Made by a program: the position numbers and the translations under genes | Origin: a virus | Taxonomy: Duplodnaviria > Caudoviricetes | IMG/VR virus record: IMGVR_UViG_3300033067_000159 | Location: 1 to 42,229 of that record | Direction: 5' to 3' (one strand) | DNA length: 42,229 bases | Shown here: piece by piece, positions 17,790 to 26,266 of the stretch | How positions within the stretch are numbered: position 1 is the first letter of the stretch | Layout: every line of letters starts with the position of its first letter | The notes under the pieces: generated by a model | Told to the model about the DNA's origin: nothing | Database searches by the model: none | What the model saw: only the letters and a program-made list of their open reading frames with translations

Positions 17790-20680
17790 TGCCAGTGTTT
17801 AACAATGATCCGGGTGTAAAGCCGGCTCCCAACTTTGCAATCCGTGAACAAGGCATGCGCGCTCCGACTATGGATGTCTCCGGTTTCTTCAAGGGAATCG
17901 GAGATGTCTTTAGTGGTTCGGCAACGGTCACTGATAACAACAATCAGAAGGATATTGAGGATCGTATCCGTGCAGAAACAGAAGTCAGCAATGACATTGT
18001 AACAAATGGGCAGTACTCTGCTCAGACTGCAGCCAATGCTCCAAGTGACCAGCTGCCTCCAGATCTCAACAGGTCTTTTGACAGACTGAAGACACTTAAC
18101 AACGCATACACACAGGGCAAGGTAAATGAGGCTGCTTATTGGGCTCGGCTCAACGCGGTAGCCAAGGAACTGCGTGTCAAGTACCCAAACTACGACAGCA
18201 TCATCGATCAGAAATTTTCCAGCATTACTGGTGGTGTCCCTGGGAATCGTCTCAGGGACCAACTTCTGTCAGATGCAGATAAGCGGAACGCTAGCCTAAA
18301 CTCTGTTGAGAAGGAGAGGCGTGCTGACATGGATCGGTGGGCTACAGCTGGTGTTCTTCATCCGCAGTATAGAGAACTGTATGCCAAGGGTGAAGAAGGC
18401 TGGGCTAAGATCCAGGATCATGCCTACCGTCTACAACAGGAAGACGCTCAGAAGAAGCGCATTCTGCAGAACTGGGATATGCAAAAGAAGAGTGGAGAAC
18501 TACAGGAAGACGATGTATACCGTCAGACTAACACACTCATCCAGAACCATGTCGACAACATCTTTAAGACGTCCTTTGACACTGTAACTGAAGGAGGTAT
18601 GAAGGGTTTCCTAAGTCTCATCAATAAGGCCAAAGACCCTAACAGCCCTGGCGGTTCTGCAGTTACTGACTCTGAACTACAGCAGATTACGACTGTGATG
18701 GCGGGAGCTAAAGCGCAGGTAATGGCTTCTGTCGATACTATTCTTCACACTGCAGACAAGAACTTTGGCAACGCTTCTCCTGCGTCTTATTTCAGAGACA
18801 ACAAGCGTCTAGACGACATTAAGAAAAACGCTATGGATCGTATCGCGACTATCGAAGATCTTGTAGTAAATAAGCAGTATGGTCTACTTGTTTGGAATAA
18901 GGCCATGTCTGATAACATGATCGAAGGAGACGTTTACAACGCCCAGAAGACTAACGAGAATACTCGGAGACTTATGCTTCTTCGTAAGACTATGGGTGAT
19001 CAAGCAGTTAACTTCTACCTACAGGGACACATCAAGGAGCTTGATAAGGCTGTAGATGTAAGAACCCTAGGTGACTCTGTTACTGCTGCTGCAGTAGACG
19101 GAAAGCCTATGACAGAGTCTCTCTCTGAGAATAAGGCTTCAGCTAACGCAACAAAGGCTACTATTGGAGCTTCAGTTGGTGTCCTTACAGACCCTAAGAC
19201 TTCCGCGCCTGTGCGAACTAACGTCATTAGGTCTCTCTTTGGTGAGCGTAACAACGACTTTCTGACTAAGTTTTCTTCTGGTGAACAGGCTCAAGTCTAC
19301 GGTAAGCTAGTAAACCCTTCGACTAGCAAGGCTATTTATGAAGCTTCTAAGAATGATCCCAGACTTTGGGAAAACTACAAGAGCTGGGCAACGAATTCGG
19401 CACTGCCAGCAATTAGTAGAGGTGTCATGAAGACACTAGACAACATTGAAGCAGAGTCAGGTGGCAAGGTATCGTTTGAATTTGATGGCACACAGTTTGT
19501 CATGAAGGGTAACGATACCCCGGCTGATCGCAGGTACGATATGGGTAAGGCAGATATGTTTAGCGCATCTGCTCGTAAACCACTGCAAGATCTAAACTCT
19601 ATCCTAGGAGCTTATAAGAGCGTTCTAGAGGCTGAGGGTTCAGATGTGAATGCAGGTATGAGTGACTTGTTTACTCGCCTGCATATGCGTCCTAAGGACC
19701 AAAACAAAGACAGCATTTGGGATACTCTTAAAGATGGAGTGAACAACTGGTTCCATTCGTCTTTCAGCTCGTCGGGTGACAATGTAACTCAAGGTCAGAA
19801 AGGAGTCACAGGTAAACTTCCTGTGGCCCCGTTTCCAGGATCGTCAAAGCTCTCAACCCCCGAAGCCACCAACAACGCCAAAGGCGCAACAGTAACAACT
19901 TCAAAGACTGAAGCTAGTCCAACAACAGCTCCAATCGTGCGCGCTAATTTCAAGCCTGAGATTAACGAAGCTATCGACAACGCTGCACAGACTCACGGGA
20001 TTGATCCAAATATCCTAAAAGCATTTGCAGCTATCGAGTCAGGTGGTGACCCACAGAATACTACAGGTAGCTACAAAGGTTTGTTCCAGCTAAGTGATTC
20101 TGAGTTTAACAAACATGGAAGTGGGTATATCTTCAATGCTTCTGACAATGCTAACGCAGCAGCAGCAAAACTAAAGAACGAACTGGTTCAGTTCCAAGCA
20201 GAGTATGGAAGAAGTGCTACTCCAATCGATCTGTACATGATCCATCAGCAAGGTGTTGATGGTTACAGAAAGCACCTAGCCAATCCAGATCAAGCAGCGT
20301 GGCTGTCTATGTCACAGACTGGAGAAGGAAGACAGAAGGGTGAAGGTTGGTCAAAGAAAGCAATTTGGGGCAATGTCCCAGATGGCTACTGGAAGAATCG
20401 TTTTGGTTCAGTAGAGAACATTACTTCGAAAGACTTCGTTGAGATGTGGTCTTCCATCATGGACAAGAAAATGGGTCTGCCAACTTTCAACGGGACTGCC
20501 AAAGCACCAGTTAAAGAACAGGATCCTCTGACTGTTCCAAATGATCGTAAGGTAATCCTTGAATTTGCTAAGAAGACTTTGGGGGACCAAGGTAGTAAAC
20601 TTCCTGGCAAACTCGACGATGCTTGGTACGACTATTGGAATCAACTTTACAACGCAATCGGTAAGCCCCTGCGCGAATAA
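17789..20680 (+). CDS. Internal virion protein with C-terminal lytic transglycosylase (SLT) domain
   Basis: AIDNAAQTHGIDPNILKAFAAIESGGDP...YKGLFQL (catalytic ES and GLFQ motifs) at ~19950-20480. Confidence 0.82.
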   Translation: MPVFNNDPGVKPAPNFAIREQGMRAPTMDVSGFFKGIGDVFSGSATVTDNNNQKDIEDRIRAETEVSNDIVTNGQYSAQTAANAPSDQLPPDLNRSFDRLKTLNNAYTQGKVNEAAYWARLNAVAKELRVKYPNYDSIIDQKFSSITGGVPGNRLRDQLLSDADKRNASLNSVEKERRADMDRWATAGVLHPQYRELYAKGEEGWAKIQDHAYRLQQEDAQKKRILQNWDMQKKSGELQEDDVYRQTNTLIQNHVDNIFKTSFDTVTEGGMKGFLSLINKAKDPNSPGGSAVTDSELQQITTVMAGAKAQVMASVDTILHTADKNFGNASPASYFRDNKRLDDIKKNAMDRIATIEDLVVNKQYGLLVWNKAMSDNMIEGDVYNAQKTNENTRRLMLLRKTMGDQAVNFYLQGHIKELDKAVDVRTLGDSVTAAAVDGKPMTESLSENKASANATKATIGASVGVLTDPKTSAPVRTNVIRSLFGERNNDFLTKFSSGEQAQVYGKLVNPSTSKAIYEASKNDPRLWENYKSWATNSALPAISRGVMKTLDNIEAESGGKVSFEFDGTQFVMKGNDTPADRRYDMGKADMFSASARKPLQDLNSILGAYKSVLEAEGSDVNAGMSDLFTRLHMRPKDQNKDSIWDTLKDGVNNWFHSSFSSSGDNVTQGQKGVTGKLPVAPFPGSSKLSTPEATNNAKGATVTTSKTEASPTTAPIVRANFKPEINEAIDNAAQTHGIDPNILKAFAAIESGGDPQNTTGSYKGLFQLSDSEFNKHGSGYIFNASDNANAAAAKLKNELVQFQAEYGRSATPIDLYMIHQQGVDGYRKHLANPDQAAWLSMSQTGEGRQKGEGWSKKAIWGNVPDGYWKNRFGSVENITSKDFVEMWSSIMDKKMGLPTFNGTAKAPVKEQDPLTVPNDRKVILEFAKKTLGDQGSKLPGKLDDAWYDYWNQLYNAIGKPLRE

Positions 20681-20681
20681 T

Positions 20682-20726
20682 AAAAAAGCCCCCAAGGATT
20701 TCTCCAAGGGGGCTTTTCTTTTGTTT
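20682..20726. terminator. Bidirectional rho-independent terminator between convergent arms
   Basis: AAAAAAGCCCCC AA GGA TTTC TCC AA GGGGGCTTTTCTTTT: GC-rich stem flanked by an A-tract and a T-tract. Confidence 0.9.
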
Positions 20727-20814
20727 ATCTGTTGATGTTACGCCAGAACCAGAAGATGATCAGTACGTGAACAATGAGTCCGCCTATGAGCATTCCGATT
20801 AAAGCTTCAACCAT
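20725..20814 (-). CDS. 29-aa single-TM micropeptide (MVEALIGMLIGGLIVHVLIIFWFWRNINR)
   Basis: Translated by hand; start overlaps the upstream micro-ORF, ends at the terminator. Confidence 0.6.
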   Translation of the reverse strand: MVEALIGMLIGGLIVHVLIIFWFWRNINR

Positions 20815-20893
20815 TGTTATAGAGCCATTTACAGATTTCCCACAGGAAAAACCCACACGAGATAACTCCGATAACAGCGAATGTTTCGATCAT
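20807..20893 (-). CDS. 28-aa single-TM micropeptide (MIETFAVIGVISCGFFLWEICKWLYNNG)
   Basis: Translated by hand; strong AAGGAG RBS. Confidence 0.65.
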   Translation of the reverse strand: MIETFAVIGVISCGFFLWEICKWLYNNG

Positions 20894-20903
20894 CTCAGTC
20901 TCC

Positions 20904-20996
20904 TTAGAGTTTGTCAATCAAGTCTTTAAGCACTCTTACAAGTACTATAGAAGCTGCACCTAATACTAGACCCGCGAATATGTATGCGAATACCAT
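20904..20996 (-). CDS. 30-aa single-TM micropeptide (MVFAYIFAGLVLGAASIVLVRVLKDLIDKL)
   Basis: Translated by hand; ATG 1 nt after the stop of the DUF5664 gene. Confidence 0.6.
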   Translation of the reverse strand: MVFAYIFAGLVLGAASIVLVRVLKDLIDKL

Positions 20997-20997
20997 T

Positions 20998-21324
20998 TCA
21001 ATTGAGCTTAACACGATCGTCAACACCTACCTTTCTCATGCTGTAGGAGCAGAGAGCCATGGCATTCCATGCAGCCATAGCCATGTGGTGACACCCAGTC
21101 TCTTCGTCGTAGTCTTCTCCACGCCAGAACTTCCAAGTATGCCGCATAAGGGAACCTAGACAACGAGACCAGGACATTCCCTTTTCCCAGTTGTGGTCAG
21201 CGTACTTCTTAGCTCCAACTGTGTAGACTTTAGTTAGTTCTTCCAAGCTGTCTACTGGTAGTAGGTCATACCGCAGCTTACCAGCATCGTATCGCAGTGC
21301 AGCTTCAGATACTCTTTCTTCCAT
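20998..21324 (-). CDS. DUF5664-type dATP/dGTP diphosphohydrolase domain protein
   Basis: RYDAGKLRYDLLP...GAKKY..HNWEKG...SLMRH...DEETGCHHMAMAAWN is the family signature. Confidence 0.85.
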   Translation of the reverse strand: MEERVSEAALRYDAGKLRYDLLPVDSLEELTKVYTVGAKKYADHNWEKGMSWSRCLGSLMRHTWKFWRGEDYDEETGCHHMAMAAWNAMALCSYSMRKVGVDDRVKLN

Positions 21325-21649
21325 TCAGTCTCCATTCTTCAAGTTGTTCTTTTGTGAATTGTGAGCCCATATAAATCCCTTCTGGGGAGTCGTCCACCCA
21401 GATATTAAATTCGACTCCATGTACTTCTGAACAGTGCTTTCGCTTAGCGTTTCCGTCACAGTAGAAGATAGCCGCGATTTCGGGAGGGAGGGCATGAGCA
21501 ATTGCATCTAGCGTTGGGCTCCTCATAGTGACAATGTAGACTGAGTGCCCTAGGGACACCGACAACTTAATGAAGGCGTCTCATAGCACGTTATCAGCAG
21601 TGTACGTATTGTCGTAGTCTAGTGCAATCCTAAGACCCGCAGTACCCAC
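21305..21649 (-). pseudogene. HAD-superfamily phosphatase/nucleotidase interrupted by an in-frame TGA at 21581-21583 (pseudogene, error or readthrough)
   Basis: Same frame reads GTG-GTAGLRIALDYDNTYTADNVL*DAFIKLSVSLGHSVYIVTMR...K...WVDD; HAD motif I (DxDxT) lies upstream of the TGA, motifs II-IV downstream. Confidence 0.8.
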
Positions 21650-23303
21650 TTCCGGTGATGTCACAGACATCGTTCATCTCCATAAATTCTACGAACTCTC
21701 GGCCGAGGTTTTCTCTAGCCTCTTGATATGACGTTGAAGTAAGAGGCTGACCTCCTCGGGCCCCATCAGGGTAGACAGTAAATCCACGCAGACGTGGAGC
21801 GTACTTAGCAAGTGTCCGCGCAAACTCTTGGACTTTGTCTTCGTTGTTATGTTCACTTCCCCACTCCGGTAGATTGATGGTGCTGGAGATAGACATATCT
21901 ACGTAGTCTTGTACATCAGCTTGGAACTTGATACGACGCTCGTAGTCAATAGCCAAGTCGATGGCACTTTCAACTTTCTCAGGATCAACTCCAGTGCTAT
22001 CGATAACTTGCTGGGCAGCATGGTCAATGTAGTACTGGTAGTGCCACTGAGTACCCTTTAGGTATCGTCTCTTGTAAGATACCGCATAGACTGGTTCAAT
22101 GCCAGTGGTAGTTCCAGCCAGAATACCGATAGAGCCAGTAGGTGCAATTGCACGATTTGCAACTGGTTGGCTAATGCCAAGCCTAGCAGACTCTGCTCTG
22201 GAGACGTGATCTGAAACGCCTCGGTAGACTTCGAGCCACTGTCGGAGTTCATCGTTTACCTCGTATGGTAGGGAACGTTGTAGGAGCCACTCATGGACAC
22301 CCATGAGACCAAGTCCCAGTCGTCGGTTCTTTTCTCGTACCTTGTAGACCTTGTCGTACGGGAGCGTAGCTCGGAGAGTTCCGCAAAGGAGGAACTTAAT
22401 TCCCAGCTCCGTGATTTCAGCCAGCTCTCCAATGCTTCTAATTCGGCTAAGGTTAAGGCTCCCGAGATTACAAACATCTGAGTCGTCTTCGGAGGTGACT
22501 TCTGTACAGGCATTACGTAGTGTCTCTCTTTCCTTGTCGAAGAAGTTAAAGCTAAAGCCTGGCTCGCCTGTCTTCATTGCTTGTCTGACATTCTTGATGA
22601 AGACCTCACCTAGGTCTCCTTCAAAGGACTGTAGAAGCCATTCTGTGTCGTAATTGACAGAGATGTTGGTCATGTCCATTGGAGCAGGGAAATTGAAGTC
22701 CTGCTGCTTCACATCGTGAAGTGAAAGACCAGAAGATCCGACTGGTTGATCCTGCCAGTCCTTGACCTGTAGAAAATCATGGATGTCGGAGTGCTTCCAA
22801 TTTAGGCTGGCGTAGATAGCAGACCTGCGTGATCCGCCCTGCATGACGTAACGACCAATATCGTTGATCATCTTCATCTTCGGAATGGGGCCTGAAGCAT
22901 ACCCGCCAGTTCTGTTGATGATTGTGCCAGACGGCCTGTAGACAGAGTAGTCGATTCCGATGCCGCCACCAGACATAAGGGCGCTTTCGGACTTCCATGA
23001 TAGGTCAGCCCAATCTTCTCGACTGTCCTCTTCTGCCTTTAGAAGGAAGCAGTTGTTGTAGAATTTAACAGGTCTGCCAGCATAGTAGAGGTACCTGCCA
23101 CCAGGAATGAACTTCATGTCTCTGATGGCTTCGTAGATGCTGTCAATGGTGTCGGTGTCTAGCAGGCCCCCACAGACATCGTATGCAAGTGTGCGTGCCA
23201 AAGCATCCCAAGTCCAGGACCCATCGTGCCGATATTTTTGATTAAAGACTGTTTCGCTTAGTTGATTCCTGAATTGTGGGTTTGTAGCACTTTTAAATGT
23301 CAA
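21630..23303 (-). CDS. nrdJ: Class II (adenosylcobalamin-dependent) ribonucleotide reductase
   Basis: FIPGGRYL, NNCFLL, RRSA, NACTE, CNLGSLNL, RRLGLG, IAPTGS and a C-terminal Cys pair; no beta subunit gene in the window. Confidence 0.88.
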   Translation of the reverse strand: MTFKSATNPQFRNQLSETVFNQKYRHDGSWTWDALARTLAYDVCGGLLDTDTIDSIYEAIRDMKFIPGGRYLYYAGRPVKFYNNCFLLKAEEDSREDWADLSWKSESALMSGGGIGIDYSVYRPSGTIINRTGGYASGPIPKMKMINDIGRYVMQGGSRRSAIYASLNWKHSDIHDFLQVKDWQDQPVGSSGLSLHDVKQQDFNFPAPMDMTNISVNYDTEWLLQSFEGDLGEVFIKNVRQAMKTGEPGFSFNFFDKERETLRNACTEVTSEDDSDVCNLGSLNLSRIRSIGELAEITELGIKFLLCGTLRATLPYDKVYKVREKNRRLGLGLMGVHEWLLQRSLPYEVNDELRQWLEVYRGVSDHVSRAESARLGISQPVANRAIAPTGSIGILAGTTTGIEPVYAVSYKRRYLKGTQWHYQYYIDHAAQQVIDSTGVDPEKVESAIDLAIDYERRIKFQADVQDYVDMSISSTINLPEWGSEHNNEDKVQEFARTLAKYAPRLRGFTVYPDGARGGQPLTSTSYQEARENLGREFVEFMEMNDVCDITGSGYCGS

Positions 23304-23458
23304 TCCTTCACCTCATGTTCGTCAATAGTGTATGTTTTATCTGACTCGATATCTTGTAGAACTTCTTTGTAAAGAAGAGCCTTTGCTTCTGTTGAGAAGA
23401 TTCTTAGTACGAACTGACTGTCGTAGTCATATTCACTAAGAACGTAAACCTTGCTCAT
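23300..23458 (-). CDS. Hypothetical protein, 52 aa (MSKVYVLSEYDYD...IDEHEVKD)
   Basis: Translated by hand; stop overlaps the nrdJ TTG start; common small phage protein pattern (KVYV...IFST..KA). Confidence 0.65.
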   Translation of the reverse strand: MSKVYVLSEYDYDSQFVLRIFSTEAKALLYKEVLQDIESDKTYTIDEHEVKD

Positions 23459-23609
23459 TGAGGAACCTTTCTAGGAGAATTGCTGTGTAGATATGGTTTT
23501 CACACATCATTAGGGCTGTGAGATGGAAACGCCTGTTTGTTTCCATGTCTGTGATTAGGAAAGACATACAGGCGTTATCCCAAAGTACTTCGTACCTTTT
23601 AGAATCCAC
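23436..23609 (-). CDS. Hypothetical protein, 57 aa
   Basis: Translated by hand from GTG (DSKRYEVLWDNAC...); fills the gap and overlaps both neighbours. Confidence 0.5.
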   Translation of the reverse strand: MDSKRYEVLWDNACMSFLITDMETNRRFHLTALMMCENHIYTAILLERFLNEQGLRS

Positions 23610-23994
23610 TTAGATCAGGTTCCCAATAGTTTGGACCTTTAAGGATCTTGCCGTCTTCACGTCGAATAGGGATGCCGTCTTCACCTAGCTTGGACATATT
23701 ACTCTCATGCACACGCTTAAAAGCTTCGTCTAGGTCAATACCAAAGGTAACACCAGCACTGTAAACAACGTATAAAAGGTCTGTTAGTTCTTTGGTATAA
23801 GCCATTCTGTATTTGTCTACAACTTCTGGAAAGTCAAGTGCATTTGTAAGACTTTCTGCTGCCTCGTCAACTTCAAACGACTCTTCAGAAATTAGTGTTC
23901 GACACAGAGTCAGATCTTCAATACTGAATGGGATATTAATTTGGTGAGGCTTAAATGCTCGATGGAATTCTTCCACCATCTTGAAATTAGTCAT
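23599..23994 (-). CDS. MazG-like NTP pyrophosphohydrolase
   Basis: VEEFHRAF, LISEE..E, KELTDLLYV, RVHESNMSK, REDGKILKGPNY. Confidence 0.88.
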   Translation of the reverse strand: MTNFKMVEEFHRAFKPHQINIPFSIEDLTLCRTLISEESFEVDEAAESLTNALDFPEVVDKYRMAYTKELTDLLYVVYSAGVTFGIDLDEAFKRVHESNMSKLGEDGIPIRREDGKILKGPNYWEPDLSGF

Positions 23995-24236
23995 CACGAC
24001 CTCTTAGGTTGCTTACGACGATTGACAGCCCGAGAAACAACTCGTAGATTACTGTTGGAGTTGTTAGCAGTATTGAAGTTCTTGTGGTCTACCTCTTTGC
24101 CGTCTCCCTTGTGAACACGACCGGCAGCCTCCATCTTTCGACGAGCAGCATTACGCTGGGCACGTCGCTTGATCTGCTCAGGCGTTCCTTGATAATCTCT
24201 GTATTCTTTAGCATAGTCTCTCTTACGCTGAGGCAT
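23994..24236 (-). CDS. Small HNH-like endonuclease
   Basis: RDYAKEY...RAQRNAARR...GDGKEVDH...NLRVVS...N. Confidence 0.75.
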   Translation of the reverse strand: MPQRKRDYAKEYRDYQGTPEQIKRRAQRNAARRKMEAAGRVHKGDGKEVDHKNFNTANNSNSNLRVVSRAVNRRKQPKRS

Positions 24237-24513
24237 CGGGCTCAAATTCCTTCTTCATATTCAGATACTGCATTCGTCGGTACTCTTTGTTCCTTTCTTC
24301 AAACTGGAAGTACTGTTCCTGCTCTTCAGGTGTCGACTCTCTCGTCATGTAAAGAGAAATACCACCTTCAGCAACTTCTAGCTCCCAATCTTTGAATTCT
24401 TCAAGTACAGCCAGAAGGTCTTTGGCTGTATAGATACTGTCCGTGTTGATAAAGACAGTAACTTCGGTCTTGTTGTTCCTCTGCGGAGTGGTCCGAATAG
24501 TCTTATTTTCCAT
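24223..24513 (-). CDS. Hypothetical protein
   Basis: Likely ATG at 24513; operon-packed. Confidence 0.6.
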   Translation of the reverse strand: MENKTIRTTPQRNNKTEVTVFINTDSIYTAKDLLAVLEEFKDWELEVAEGGISLYMTRESTPEEQEQYFQFEERNKEYRRMQYLNMKKEFEPDASA

Positions 24514-24514
24514 T

Positions 24515-24703
24515 TTACTTTTGCATCCTTGTGGCATAAGTGTCCTTTAGGGTATCGACGTAGTCTAGTAGTGCTACGATGAACTGGTCTTTCCATCCAT
24601 CAAACGGATATTCCGCGTAGATGATTTCTCCACTGTCTCTGTCTACACAGACTTCATAGACATCGTAGGTATCTGAAATGTACCAGTAGTCTTTAACTGT
24701 CAA
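24515..24703 (-). CDS. Hypothetical protein
   Basis: 62 aa acidic/aromatic; overlaps the thyX end. Confidence 0.55.
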   Translation of the reverse strand: MTVKDYWYISDTYDVYEVCVDRDSGEIIYAEYPFDGWKDQFIVALLDYVDTLKDTYATRMQK

Positions 24704-25367
24704 CTAGAGCACTCCAAGCGTGTGGGAATATGGGTCGGATGATGTCGTCAATCTGCGGAGTCAGTTCATTCCACTCGCGCTGAGCATTGTCTTTAGTACG
24801 CTGCTGGTACAAGCGAGCCCATGCAACAAGAGATCCTGTTACATAGTACGACGTGTACATGCTCTGAGGAAGTACCATACGAGCCTGTTCAGGAGCACCA
24901 CCGGCTGCAATGAAACCATTATAGAACTCCTCACAAGCGTGAACAGCTTCCCAGTATGCAAGGTTGATTGGTACTGCGTAGTAACGATCTCCTTCAAACA
25001 CAAGCATGTCTTTGAGCTCTTCGTCAGAAGACCCCTGCTTGATATTCTCAGCGCGCTTACGCCAAACTTTAGGCTCGTAGAACTCTGGCTCATCGTCTAC
25101 ATATCGTCGAGACACTTCGTTGTAGACGAAACCTACAGTGTGCTTGAAGCGCTGACGGGCCAGGAAGATTGGGACAGTCTCTCGGATGGTTACAGAGCAA
25201 TGAGCAAAGGGTGTCCAATGATCATGACCTGCGAGGTACTTGATGAGCTTAGTGTCTCTTTCTGCTATCTCGCCTCCATCAAGTGCACTCTCCTTATTAA
25301 AGGAAACGCGGGCAGCGTTAGCCACCCGCAGATCGTCTCCCATATGGTCGATATACTCAGCTTTCAT
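24693..25367 (-). CDS. thyX: Flavin-dependent thymidylate synthase
   Basis: NAARVSF, HWTPF, PIFLARQRFKH...NEVSRRY, PEQARMVLPQ, AQRE motifs. Confidence 0.93.
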   Translation of the reverse strand: MKAEYIDHMGDDLRVANAARVSFNKESALDGGEIAERDTKLIKYLAGHDHWTPFAHCSVTIRETVPIFLARQRFKHTVGFVYNEVSRRYVDDEPEFYEPKVWRKRAENIKQGSSDEELKDMLVFEGDRYYAVPINLAYWEAVHACEEFYNGFIAAGGAPEQARMVLPQSMYTSYYVTGSLVAWARLYQQRTKDNAQREWNELTPQIDDIIRPIFPHAWSALVDS

Positions 25368-25707
25368 TAGCTTGAAGCTTCCCTCAGAATTGAGAAGTGC
25401 AAAGTTCTAGGAATTCTTGCCATTGTTTCTGCACAACCATCCCGATTGAAGACGACAAGGATCACAATATCAGTTCCTTCAGGACCTTCTAGAAAGGCTA
25501 GAGAGGCTGGTGTAGCCACAAGGTACGTATCTGGTACATTGAAACCTGCCTTCTGCAAATTGGTCATGTACGAACTTACTAGGGCAGCTTCGCTAATTCG
25601 AATAGCACGACCACCAGACTCGGTAGCAAACTGGCCTACTGCCTTAAAGTCTAAGCATTCTTCAGCGTTAGACGATAAAGTACCAACAAGAAATAAAGCT
25701 TCTTCAT
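25367..25707 (-). CDS. Putative exported protein, apparently frameshifted near 25675-25680
   Basis: Coupled ATG at 25707 gives MKKLYFLLVL; the long frame continues LSSNAEECLDF in the -1 frame; two Cys in the mature part. Confidence 0.5.
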
Positions 25708-25943
25708 CAATCAATCTCTCTCTCCAAGAGTACATCAACCTCTACAAGACCGTCATCGTTTAGCTCAATGCCAAGATCCGCATCAAGCAGAATGTGGTCA
25801 GGGTATGGCCACAGATTGTGGGCCCGCAGATAAAAGTCAATTGCCTGCACAACGTGCTCGTGGCTCATTGCAAAAGTAGTGCTGGTTCGCACAGGACCAT
25901 TAGTAGAAAACAGAAGTAGCTGGCCGGTATTATTGTTCGTCAT
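25707..25943 (-). CDS. Hypothetical protein
   Basis: ATG 25943 after AAGGA; 78 aa. Confidence 0.6.
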   Translation of the reverse strand: MTNNNTGQLLLFSTNGPVRTSTTFAMSHEHVVQAIDFYLRAHNLWPYPDHILLDADLGIELNDDGLVEVDVLLEREID

Positions 25944-26106
25944 CGAGTGTTCCTTCGTAGTAGCGCTTGAGGATTTCGCTGGGCTTAGGCGCAGGCTTAT
26001 GCCGAGCATCATGGATTTTCTTTTTGTAAGTTAGGCGCAATTCTTTATCTTGCTCGAACAGCTTGCGCTTTCGTTCACCAGCGAGCTTACTCGTCTCCGA
26101 GCCCAT
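25930..26106 (-). CDS. Hypothetical basic protein, 58 aa (MGSETSKLAGERKRK...)
   Basis: Translated by hand; overlaps both neighbours. Confidence 0.55.
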   Translation of the reverse strand: MGSETSKLAGERKRKLFEQDKELRLTYKKKIHDARHKPAPKPSEILKRYYEGTLDDEQ

Positions 26107-26266
26107 CTTCCAACTCCATAGGGTCTAGGTCAATAAGACCATGTTCCCACATTAGCATGATTGCTTCTAGGCTGGTCATGTCAGTATGACGTTCAAGGAA
26201 CGTTTCCATACTTTCTGTATCAAGCATGTTTTCTACGTAGTTTTCAATTTCCTCTTTAGGAGTCAT
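26087..26266 (-). CDS. Hypothetical acidic protein (MTPKEEIENY...)
   Basis: ATG 26266; 59 aa. Confidence 0.6.
   Translation of the reverse strand: MTPKEEIENYVENMLDTESMETFLERHTDMTSLEAIMLMWEHGLIDLDPMELEDGLGDE

Noticed and set aside
23994-24236. HNH gene as a mobile intron or homing element
   Set aside because: It is free-standing, translationally coupled and does not interrupt any gene; no intron or intein is evident in polA or nrdJ.
24720-25370. 216-aa plus-strand ORF
   Set aside because: Antisense to the clearly identified thyX.
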